Notes: generated by a model from the letters alone, not told the origin. Counted from the stretch's first letter, positions 8,207 through 14,991 are shown. The stretch: DNA of 18,378 nucleotides from Alphaproteobacteria bacterium UBA6411 (GCA_002438565.1 DJPN01000015.1:14308-32685); one strand, 5' to 3'. Made by a program: numbers and translations.

Positions 8207-9124
8207 TTAATCGATGTTTTTGCATTTAGCGTTTAAAATGATTATCATCTTTCGCATAACCGCCACAATGGCAACCATTTTTCTTTTGCCTTTTTGTATC
8301 AATTTTTCATAAAAAGCCCGCATAATCGGGTCTTTTTGAATTGCAACCAGCGAACAAATAAACAAAGTGCGTTTGACATCACATCGCCCGCCTATGACAT
8401 GGCGGACCTTTTGGATTGTTCCGCTGTCCTGTGCATACGGGGCAAGTCCCGCCAATGCCGCGATTTTTCGGCGGGACAGTATTCCTAATTCCGGCAGACA
8501 AGCCAGCAGAACGTTTGCCGAAGTTTCGCCGATTCCGATTTGAGAAGTCAAAGCCTGTTGTTTTTTCAGCAAAATAGGGTTCTGTTTGACAATCTCTTGC
8601 AATTCTTTGGACAGTTCATCAATTTCCGTTTGCAAAAATTCCGTATGCTTGCTTATTTCAAGGCGGATGCGCGGCACGGTTGACGGTGCGTTTAAGCGGT
8701 TTCTTTCGCTTTTCAAAATTTGTTTTAATTCCGTCAAGCGAAAAACATACGGTTTGATTTCATTTTCAATCGGCTGAAACAAAATCAATTTGTCTTGCAG
8801 TCTTTGCCCGTAATCCGCCAAAGCGCGCGCATCAATCGAATCGGTTTTAGCCAGTTGTCCGACAGCGCGCATAAAGGCTTTGACCTTTCGTCCTTCTGCG
8901 CGGTGAATGGCAAAACCGGCGCGATAAAACACATCAACGCAAGCGGTTTCGTATCCTCCGGTCAAATCTATCACCGCAAGGGTGTTTGAGCGACAATCGA
9001 TTTTTTGAACGAACTTTTCAATGTTTGCCGTGCTGTTTTTGACTTGCAACACTTCCCCGGTTTCCGACAAGAACACATCAATTTTTGTTTTAGAAACATC
9101 AACACCGATAAAGCGGGAAAACAT
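8207..9124 (-). CDS. IS110-family (DEDD / Piv-MooV type) transposase-recombinase
   Basis: 305 aa from ATG 9124 (MFSRFIGVDVSK), preceded by AAGGA. N-terminal RuvC-like DEDD motifs are GVDVSK, DLTGGYE and KTDSIDA. The C-terminal domain has IGIGETSANVLLA, AALAGLAP and the serine context YAQDSG. The 18-codon ORF-track extension was dropped. Confidence 0.9.
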   Translation of the reverse strand: MFSRFIGVDVSKTKIDVFLSETGEVLQVKNSTANIEKFVQKIDCRSNTLAVIDLTGGYETACVDVFYRAGFAIHRAEGRKVKAFMRAVGQLAKTDSIDARALADYGQRLQDKLILFQPIENEIKPYVFRLTELKQILKSERNRLNAPSTVPRIRLEISKHTEFLQTEIDELSKELQEIVKQNPILLKKQQALTSQIGIGETSANVLLACLPELGILSRRKIAALAGLAPYAQDSGTIQKVRHVIGGRCDVKRTLFICSLVAIQKDPIMRAFYEKLIQKGKRKMVAIVAVMRKMIIILNAKCKNID

Positions 9125-9268
9125 TTTTTTCCTTAAAATTATTAACGTGCGCGACAAACGGCACAGACAACCCATCAAGATAAAAAATATCGGTACGGCA
9201 CTCGATCCATTCGAGCTTTAAACTCCATTGCCACAGGTGCGCATACCGACAGCCACTTTTTCAGCGTG
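9125..9268 (-). ncRNA. structured ~145-nt leader of the IS110-family recombinase; candidate bridge/seek-type guide RNA (hypothesis)
   Basis: The inferred TSS lies just downstream of the 9272-9299 promoter. By eye, the minus-sense RNA forms a 5' hairpin GUCAC/GUGGC. It then forms a 12-bp bulged stem (plus coordinates 9237-9249 pairing with 9190-9201) enclosing a 21-nt unpaired segment and the hairpin CUCGA-AUGGA-UCGAG (9201-9215). IS110-group elements are known to encode their guide RNA 5' of the recombinase. No covariance model was run. Confidence 0.3.
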
Positions 9269-9271
9269 ACA

Positions 9272-9299
9272 ATGATATTTTATCGTTTAACGGTGTCAA
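9272..9299 (-). promoter_or_regulatory. putative sigma70 promoter for the recombinase leader
   Basis: The minus strand reads TTGACA (9299-9294), 16 nt, TATCAT (9277-9272). It sits immediately downstream of the hairpin and T-tract at 9312-9331. Confidence 0.5.
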
Positions 9300-9311
9300 G
9301 ATTGTTTGATG

Positions 9312-9331
9312 AAAAAAGCTGCCGCTTTTTG
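9312..9331. terminator. bidirectional terminator-like hairpin
   Basis: AAAAAGC-TGCC-GCTTTTT forms a 7-bp stem, with an A-run on one side and a T-run on the other, so a U-tract follows on either strand. Confidence 0.5.
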
Positions 9332-9337
9332 CTTTTT

Positions 9338-9640
9338 AAAGCTTTCAGCTTTACGGCTTGCGCCGTGTTTGTCCCCCGAAACGCCCCAAAGGGGCTTGTC
9401 TTGGTTTGTAAAGGCACAGCTTCGCATAAAAAAGCGGTATCCCCGATTTTCGGGCTTTGCCCTGCAAAACGGGAGATACCCCTCCGCTTTTTTAACCTTG
9501 ACAAACCGCTTTTTCTCATCGCCGAAGGGCTAGTTCTCAAAAGGGAACGCTGACGCTTTTCCTTTTGAGAGCCCTTTGGTTTGATGAGAAAGCTCGGCGT
9601 TCGTCGGGGACATTGTTCCCGAACGGGAGCTTTGCCCCGG
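9338..9640 (-). other. hairpin-dense non-coding region (candidate inovirus intergenic region: packaging signal and/or replication origins)
   Basis: Successive imperfect hairpins lie at 9338-9352 (AAAGCT/AGCTTT) and 9383-9395 (GCCCC/GGGGC). A branched one at 9428-9493 has outer stem AAAAAAGCGG/CCGCTTTTTT and inner stems GGTATC/GATACC and CCCGA/TCGGG. The hairpin at 9517-9586 has ~24 bp with bulges and a core CTCAAAAGG/CCTTTTGAG. The hairpin at 9606-9638 has ~12 bp. No credible ORF is present. Confidence 0.4.
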
Positions 9641-9672
9641 CATTGTCAACCTTCATTGATGGAGGAAATCAA

Positions 9673-9750
9673 ATGACCAAGCAAAGCCTGCCAACAATCC
9701 TTTTGTTGGCTCTTATCTTCTTGCTTAGCTTTGTAAAAGAAGCGATGTAA
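9673..9750 (+). CDS. 25-aa hydrophobic peptide (possible type I toxin-like or small membrane protein)
   Basis: GGAGGA lies 6 nt upstream of ATG 9673. The product is MTKQSLPTILLLALIFLLSFVKEAM, with one TM-length hydrophobic core. It is convergent with the DUF2726 gene and shares the 9759-9795 hairpin. Coding status is unproven. Confidence 0.35.
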   Translation: MTKQSLPTILLLALIFLLSFVKEAM

Positions 9751-9758
9751 GAAAAACT

Positions 9759-9795
9759 TAAGCCCCTTTGATGTTCACAGCATCTTAGGGGCTTA
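9759..9795. terminator. bidirectional terminator between the small ORF and the DUF2726 gene
   Basis: TAAGCCCCT...AGGGGCTTA is a perfect 9-bp stem with an inner GATG/CATC extension. On the minus strand it is followed by AAGTTTTTC; on the plus strand by ATTTAAAT. Confidence 0.6.
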
Positions 9796-9822
9796 TTTAA
9801 ATAACCAAGCATCTTTATATTT

Positions 9823-10326
9823 TCACATTTCCGCGCTTTTTTCAAGCAGGTTTTCGACTTGCAGGCGCAAACCGTCAAAATCGATTTTTGAAGCGGGCTT
9901 AAACCGCAAAACGGTAATTCCGGCTTGAGCCAAAAACTCGTCGCGTTCTTTGTCTTTTTGTTTTTGCTTCAAGCTGTTGTGCGTCGCGCCGTCCAATTCG
10001 ACAACACAGCATTGATTTAACGCTTTGTCGAACACGACAAAATCAACGTGAGCCGCCAGAATTTTTCCTTTCGACGGAAAATTCAAAGGTTTCAGCAGTT
10101 CAATCAAAGCGACTTGCGGAAACACATAAAAATCGGGCAGAGCTTCAGCCAATTTGAAAAAGAACGCGCGTTCGGATTTCGTCATAAAGCTTTGCGCCGC
10201 ATAGGCGTATTTTTTCTTTTTTGTAAACAGCAACGCAACGGCGAAAACAATCGCCAGCAGAATAAATAAAGGCAAAAATTGAGATAAAGGCGCAATCAAA
10301 GTTTGAATCATTTTAAAACCTTTCAT
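9823..10326 (-). CDS. membrane-anchored DUF2726 (restriction-endonuclease-like fold) protein
   Basis: An N-terminal TM (LPLFILLAIVFAVALLF) is followed by TKSERAFFFKLAEALPDFYVFPQVAL...HVDFVVFDK...VVELDGATHN...ERDEFLAQAGITVLRF. This matches the DUF2726 pattern (L-T-x-x-E-x-x-F, VDFV, ELDD/G-x-x-H, RD-x-F, G-I/L-P/T-x-L-R-F). The second ATG at 10311 has the better RBS (AAGG). Confidence 0.8.
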   Translation of the reverse strand: MKGFKMIQTLIAPLSQFLPLFILLAIVFAVALLFTKKKKYAYAAQSFMTKSERAFFFKLAEALPDFYVFPQVALIELLKPLNFPSKGKILAAHVDFVVFDKALNQCCVVELDGATHNSLKQKQKDKERDEFLAQAGITVLRFKPASKIDFDGLRLQVENLLEKSAEM

Positions 10327-10365
10327 ATAGAAACTGTTTTAAAGTGCCCGTTTTAACTTCAAATG

Positions 10366-11496
10366 TCAATTCTCCACTTTTTTGATTTCCAGGCTAAGGA
10401 TGATTTCTGTTTTGTCGTTGGTATTGGATTTAGAGCCGAAGAAGTCGGGGAGGAAGGACAAGCCGGCTTTTGAACCCGTGTTTTTGGTTTCGTTCAGACC
10501 GCCGAGGATGACGGTTTCGCCGTCGTTTGCGGTGATTGTGGTTTTGATTTCCCGCTTGGTCAAAGTGGGCGAGCCGTTGACCCCGTTTGCGGTTTCCCCG
10601 AAGTTGCTCATTTCCTGCCGGACGGTCAGCGTGATGCTGTTTTCGTAGATTTCGGGCGTCAGTTCGAATATCAGACCGCTTGAGCGGTAAACGACCGACT
10701 GGACGGGCTGTCCGTCCTGATACGTCACGCTGCCGAGCGTCGGAACGTCCGCGCCGACCGTCAAAGTCGCCGTTTTGTTCGCCTGTATCCTCAAGCTCGG
10801 TTCGCTAATCAGTTTAAAGCGGTCGTCCTTGTCCAATGCGCTAAAGTAAGCGTTGACGTGGCTGTCCTTGAACGACAAAAAATTGACCAGCCGGCTGCCC
10901 GAACTGACGGCAAGCCCCGCGTTTTTGAACACGTCCGCGATGATGCTCAGACTGCTTGCGTCCGTTGTCTTTTTGCTGACCTCGTAGATTTTGCCCCGCA
11001 CGACCAATTCGGCAGGTTTTGTATCGAACGTTTTGAGAATTTTCCGCAGCTTTGCCGTTTCCGCCTTTGCGCCTTTAAAGACAATCTGCCGTTCGTCCCC
11101 CGCAAACTGCCCCGCGAACATTCCGCCCAAAGCCTGCCGCAGCTGTGCCACGGACTTATGTTTCGGCGCGTACACGACAAAATCCAAGTCCTCGACCTTG
11201 TCCGCTTTGCCGATGTAATCGACCCCGTTCCTCGTTTCGACCTTATAGCCCATGGACGACAAAAACGCCGCCAGTTTCTTTTTGTCGCGGAAGTCGTAAA
11301 CCCGTATGTTGACCGTCCGTTCGTCCGTGACGACTTCCGGTTCAAGCACGTAATCCGTCCCCAGCGTTTCCTGATAGACGGTCCTCAAAAACGCGCTGAT
11401 TTTGATATTGTCGAATGACAAACTTGTCAGCGGCGCGTTCGTTTCGGCGGGGGCGGCTATCAGCAAAACCGCAAGGCAAAGAATCAACTTTTTCAT
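10366..11496 (-). CDS. secretin, filamentous-phage pIV-like export channel
   Basis: Signal peptide MKKLILCLAVLLIAAPAETNA. The C-terminal secretin domain reads VGADVPTLGSVTY...SSGLIFELTPEI...TLTKREIKTTITANDGETVILGGL...LSFLPDFFG. The start overlaps the Zot stop (ATGA). Confidence 0.88.
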   Translation of the reverse strand: MKKLILCLAVLLIAAPAETNAPLTSLSFDNIKISAFLRTVYQETLGTDYVLEPEVVTDERTVNIRVYDFRDKKKLAAFLSSMGYKVETRNGVDYIGKADKVEDLDFVVYAPKHKSVAQLRQALGGMFAGQFAGDERQIVFKGAKAETAKLRKILKTFDTKPAELVVRGKIYEVSKKTTDASSLSIIADVFKNAGLAVSSGSRLVNFLSFKDSHVNAYFSALDKDDRFKLISEPSLRIQANKTATLTVGADVPTLGSVTYQDGQPVQSVVYRSSGLIFELTPEIYENSITLTVRQEMSNFGETANGVNGSPTLTKREIKTTITANDGETVILGGLNETKNTGSKAGLSFLPDFFGSKSNTNDKTEIILSLEIKKVEN

Positions 11497-12518
11497 AGCA
11501 TTAGACCGCCTTTCTTATCTTCCGCTTTAAAGTCGCCCGAGAAGTAGGTCACCTTTTCCCCGTCGACGTATCCCGTCATTTTCAAGCCCGTATTTGTAAA
11601 ATTTTGCGGATGCTCGAACCGCATTGCCCCGTTTTTGTCGACAAGGACGACATACCGTTCCGTTCCGCTTCTCAGCACGCCTTGAATCCGCCAGCGTTTG
11701 GACGTGTTGTCGAACTTCCGCGGCGGAGCTTGAACGGTTTGCGCCGCCGGTTGCGTCGCTTTGTTTGCTTTTTGCTTGATTTTGTTCGTGTCGAAGATTC
11801 CGAAGAACGCTTTGAACATTATCGGCAAAAACGTCAAAAATCCAACCGCCAGAGCGATGCGGAACGGCGTAAACGCATTTTGACGCGTATCCGTTACCGC
11901 CTGTCTGCCGCCGCTTTTATAAAGCTTGAAGATTTCTTCCTGGTACTTAAAAAAGCTCGGACCGGAAAGTCTTAATCCCGTTTCGACCTCGTGCACCGTG
12001 ACCGAATAGCGATTTCGCATGCCCAAAAACTTCAGATTCCGCATACTGTAAGTGTTTTCGGTCGCGTCCCTTATCAATTTCGGCAAATCGCTAAATCTTT
12101 GGCACAGCAGCACAATGTCCGACCCGACGTCCTTTTCCGTCGTATAATGTCGATGTTTGCGGAAGTATTTAAAATCCGCCTTTTGAACCTTTTCACCCTG
12201 CAGATAAAAGTTTTGCGCTTCGTCGATGACGACCAAGTCCCCCGGCTGGACAATCGACCAAGTATCCGTTTCGGATGTCGGAAAGAATCCCGGTTTCGTG
12301 ATGTCGTCGTCGTCGACCTTTAAAATCGAACCGAACTTCAAGACGGTTTCGACATCTCCGCCCGCGGGTTCAAGGTATCGTTCAATCGCCCGTTCGTCGA
12401 TGCCGTCGATGTTGGTGACGATTCTTCGTCCCGTCTTAAACGCGGGCAAGATGACATTTTTGACGACCTCGTAACTTTTGCCCGATCCGGGGCGACCCGT
12501 ATAAACCGATATTGCCAT
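11493..12518 (-). CDS. Zot / pI-like phage assembly ATPase
   Basis: N-terminal Walker A (YTGRPGSGKSYE), Walker B (LVVIDEAQ) and a central TM (FRIALAVGFLTFLPIMFKAFFGIF). The position immediately upstream of the secretin is the classical gI-gIV arrangement. Confidence 0.9.
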   Translation of the reverse strand: MAISVYTGRPGSGKSYEVVKNVILPAFKTGRRIVTNIDGIDERAIERYLEPAGGDVETVLKFGSILKVDDDDITKPGFFPTSETDTWSIVQPGDLVVIDEAQNFYLQGEKVQKADFKYFRKHRHYTTEKDVGSDIVLLCQRFSDLPKLIRDATENTYSMRNLKFLGMRNRYSVTVHEVETGLRLSGPSFFKYQEEIFKLYKSGGRQAVTDTRQNAFTPFRIALAVGFLTFLPIMFKAFFGIFDTNKIKQKANKATQPAAQTVQAPPRKFDNTSKRWRIQGVLRSGTERYVVLVDKNGAMRFEHPQNFTNTGLKMTGYVDGEKVTYFSGDFKAEDKKGGLML

Positions 12519-12521
12519 GCT

Positions 12522-12809
12522 TTACCCCAAGAACGGAACGCGGCGAACCATAAACCGCAGCAAATACGCGCTTAAAACCATGCTGAACCCGTTTGAGAAC
12601 TGCATAATGTCCAGAAAGTACCACAATCCCGCGGGCAATCCGCCGAACAGCTCGTCGAACCCCGCGAACGTCGGCAGTTTGTCGGCGATAAAGCCGATAA
12701 ACTCGTGGACGACAAAATACAATCCCGCGAACAGCACAAACTTGATGACCACGGTTTTCAAAAACCAGGTCAATCCCGTAAATATCGCAGAATACAGCAA
12801 TCCGTACAT
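12522..12809 (-). CDS. pVI-like minor coat / membrane protein
   Basis: 95 aa with about three hydrophobic segments. It lies between the pIII-like and Zot genes, as gVI does in Ff and ace in CTXphi-type phages. The call rests on position and composition. Confidence 0.55.
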   Translation of the reverse strand: MYGLLYSAIFTGLTWFLKTVVIKFVLFAGLYFVVHEFIGFIADKLPTFAGFDELFGGLPAGLWYFLDIMQFSNGFSMVLSAYLLRFMVRRVPFLG

Positions 12810-12813
12810 TTTT

Positions 12814-14577
12814 CTATGCTTTCAAAAACACGAACAGCGCGGCGATTGCCCATATCACCGAACACACGGATTTCAGCAAATCCCGATGTTGCTCCAGCAA
12901 ATCGCAATGGCTTTCGATGACGTATTCCTTGCCCCAAAGCTCAAAAGTCGGGCGATAACATGCGCTTTCGTGGTCAGGAACTTGGTAATTTTGAAGCGCG
13001 GGGAACAGGTCGAATATCGGCTGCAGTATCGCCGACGCTTCCACGGGTTCAAGTGTCGGTTCCGCCGCTTCCGGGTATTGTCCCAAGTCCAGATTGACGT
13101 TCACGTCAACGTCGATGTTGCCGTCCTTGACTGTTCCCGTGCTGTTTCCCGTTCCCTCGACCTTGCCCGCGTCGACGTTCGGCGACGTGTTCTTTATCGG
13201 GTCTTTCACGCCGTCCGTGTCGGGGTTTGTCGGCGTTTCCGTCAAGCTTCCCGTCGACGTGTCCGTTTTCAATCCCGTTCCGGGGCGCACGCCCGAACCG
13301 CTCGCCGTGTCGACTATCGTTTCCCGCGCGTCCCCGATTGTCGGCAGGTTCGGCGCAAGCTTTTTCACATCCTCCGCCGTCAGTTTCTTGCTTTCGTCAT
13401 ACGGCAAGCCGTCGTATCCCTCGGCGGATGTCGCGTCCTTATAAAGCTTGTTGACCGCGTCCGCGACAAACTGCGCGGGCAGTTCGTTTTCCAGCGTTTT
13501 GGAATCAAGCCCTTTCAGATACTCCGTCAAAGGCTGATTGAGCGTTTTTGTACTTGTCCCGTTCAGCTTGTCCGCCGCTATTTTGTTGATGTTCGGGCTG
13601 TTCAGCGTTTCCTTGTCGGTATAACTGCTTAACCATTCCGCCACGTTCTCACAGTAGTAGTTGTAGGCAAACTGTCCGTCGCCGCAATACTCCAAAAACG
13701 CCCCGCGGTGCATATAAATAAGAATGTATCCCGTTTGCTCTTCCGTTCCGTCCTTGGACAAGTATCTGACTTCCGCCAAATACCCTTGAAACACTTTTTT
13801 CGTATGGTCGTACTGACTTTCATAATCCCAATACGGCTTCAGTTCGCCCGTAAAGTAAAACGATTCCACCGACACGTCGCCGTTGTACAGTTTAAGCGTG
13901 TTGTATCCGTTGTTTTTATAGTTTGAATCGCCGTAGAATTTCGCCTGCAGATACTTTTGCGCTTCCGCGACCGTCCAAAACACGCCGTCTTGCGCATACT
14001 TTGTAATTCCCCAACCCGAACCCTCAAAGTCCGTTGTAATCTTGCCCGTTGTTTGCGGGTCGCCTTGTTCAAAATTATACGTTACTTCCGTTCCGTCGCC
14101 TTTGACGTAACTTCCGCTTTTTACCGCCGTCGGCAAACTCGCGACTGCTTCAACCGTATAAACGGCGTTTGTGATCGTTTGTGTCGTCGTTTCGACGACG
14201 GGCACTTCGTCGTTTTCCGTTTCTTCCGTCGCGACGATGATTTCCCCGCTGTCGTCCTTGGCCAGCCAAACCTTGATTTTTTCCCCGAGCTTCAGCAGGT
14301 AATTCCCCGCAACGTCCGTAATCAAATATCCCGCCAGCAGATACAGCCATGACACGGGACCGCCGAACACCGCCGTTGCCGCTGTCGCCGCCGTCGAAAG
14401 AACCGTGCTCGACCCCGTCACCAGTCGCAAACACCTGTTGTCGTTCGCGGGTATCGGCGCGCAGATTTTGGTTACCCCGCGCGACACGATTTGACGAACC
14501 GCCGCCGCTTGGAACGACGCCCATGCGCTCGATGTCAGCAGGCAAACGATGACAAATACGGCAACGACCTTACGCAT
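12814..14577 (-). CDS. pIII-like adsorption / minor coat protein
   Basis: 587 aa with an N-terminal signal peptide (MRKVVAVFVIVCLLTSSAWA). A low-complexity Gly/Thr/Asp/Pro linker (ASGSGVRPGTGLKTDTSTGSLTETPTNPDTDG...) precedes the C-terminal domain. The C-terminal membrane anchor is VCSVIWAIAALFVFLKA. It is the largest gene and sits downstream of the major coat gene. Confidence 0.65.
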   Translation of the reverse strand: MRKVVAVFVIVCLLTSSAWASFQAAAVRQIVSRGVTKICAPIPANDNRCLRLVTGSSTVLSTAATAATAVFGGPVSWLYLLAGYLITDVAGNYLLKLGEKIKVWLAKDDSGEIIVATEETENDEVPVVETTTQTITNAVYTVEAVASLPTAVKSGSYVKGDGTEVTYNFEQGDPQTTGKITTDFEGSGWGITKYAQDGVFWTVAEAQKYLQAKFYGDSNYKNNGYNTLKLYNGDVSVESFYFTGELKPYWDYESQYDHTKKVFQGYLAEVRYLSKDGTEEQTGYILIYMHRGAFLEYCGDGQFAYNYYCENVAEWLSSYTDKETLNSPNINKIAADKLNGTSTKTLNQPLTEYLKGLDSKTLENELPAQFVADAVNKLYKDATSAEGYDGLPYDESKKLTAEDVKKLAPNLPTIGDARETIVDTASGSGVRPGTGLKTDTSTGSLTETPTNPDTDGVKDPIKNTSPNVDAGKVEGTGNSTGTVKDGNIDVDVNVNLDLGQYPEAAEPTLEPVEASAILQPIFDLFPALQNYQVPDHESACYRPTFELWGKEYVIESHCDLLEQHRDLLKSVCSVIWAIAALFVFLKA

Positions 14578-14653
14578 CCAAGCCTTTCACCGCCGCCCAT
14601 CCGCAGCAGATGCCCAATGCAAAAAAACACAAATACCACCATTCAACCAGCAT
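14570..14653 (-). CDS. 27-aa hydrophobic ORF between the major coat and pIII-like genes
   Basis: Below the ORF-track cutoff as an independent start. GAAAGGGG lies 7 nt upstream of ATG 14653. The product is MLVEWWYLCFFALGICCGWAAVKGLDA. Its stop overlaps the pIII-like start by 8 nt. The size and hydrophobicity are reminiscent of the pVII/pIX class. Confidence 0.35.
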   Translation of the reverse strand: MLVEWWYLCFFALGICCGWAAVKGLDA

Positions 14654-14742
14654 GCCGTTGCCCCTTTCCGCTTGTCCAACGCGCGCGCCGCTCCCGCCGC
14701 GCACTTTGGACAAGCGGGACGTGTGCACCCGTCCCCCTCGCC

Positions 14743-14991
14743 TTAACCGCGGAACATGCTGAACAGTTTGCGAACGCCCCACACCAGGACCAACAAACCC
14801 ATAATCACGCCCGCAGCGTACAAGATGCCGCCTTTCGCGTCCGACACGTCAATCGCTTTCGCCATATCGGTCAAGGTCGTTGCGGTGGTTCCGCCCGCCG
14901 GATCTTCCGCGTGCGCCGCCCCCGCCATGAACGTCGATGCCGCTACCGCGGTCATTGCCAGTTTGTTTTTCAGATTTTCCAATTTAACCAT
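14743..14991 (-). CDS. major coat protein (pVIII-like) precursor
   Basis: The signal peptide is MVKLENLKNKLAMTAVAASTFMAGAAHA|E. The 54-aa mature part has an acidic N-terminus (EDPAGG), a hydrophobic core (ILYAAGVIMGLLVLVWGV) and a basic C-terminus (RKLFSMFRG), the canonical inovirus coat architecture. Confidence 0.78.
   Translation of the reverse strand: MVKLENLKNKLAMTAVAASTFMAGAAHAEDPAGGTTATTLTDMAKAIDVSDAKGGILYAAGVIMGLLVLVWGVRKLFSMFRG

Noticed and set aside
8172-9198. Autonomous ~1.03-kb IS bounded by the direct GGTACGG repeats (8172-8178 and 9192-9198). The inverted motif TTGAC-TGA-GTCAA at 8181-8193 would give an outward -35-like TTGACT 17 nt from the boundary.
   Set aside because: This would leave only ~66 nt upstream and ~35 nt downstream of the CDS. 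That is shorter than known IS110-family elements and too short for their guide RNA. A single 7-mer repeat is near chance expectation. I kept it as an alternative to be tested by copy-number analysis.
9236-9263. dif-like sequence GGTGCGCATAC, matching 10 of 11 positions of the E. coli XerC-binding arm (GGTGCGCATAA), which would suggest XerCD-mediated phage integration
   Set aside because: The 6-bp centre and the XerD arm (TTATGTTAAAT) are not matched (about 3 of 11). The XerD arm is normally the better conserved half. The segment also forms one strand of the leader stem. I treated it as coincidence, though it is worth re-checking against the host's own dif.
9266-9553. 95-aa plus-strand ORF (also 9280-9540 minus and 9306-9533 plus) in the hairpin-rich region
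   Set aside because: No RBS is present, the composition is dictated by the palindromic hairpins, and all three frames and strands are open here. This argues for non-coding structured DNA.
9500-9672. Possible riboswitch or leader controlling the 25-aa ORF
   Set aside because: I could not match the hairpins to any riboswitch class I know, and I found no convincing plus-strand promoter. The structures are equally explained as phage ssDNA hairpins.
12517-13632. 371-aa plus-strand ORF, with similar long ORFs at 14491-15246, 15845-16450 and 16678-17475, antisense to phage genes
   Set aside because: They are Arg/Pro/Cys-rich and low-complexity, with no RBS or motifs, and they lie entirely opposite well-supported minus-strand genes. 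These are typical shadow ORFs.
14570-14782. Full 70-aa minus-strand ORF overlapping the 3' end of the major coat gene
   Set aside because: The N-terminal 43 codons are Arg/Gly-rich, overlap the pVIII coding region in another frame and lack an RBS. Only the 27-aa C-terminal part from ATG 14653 is plausible.
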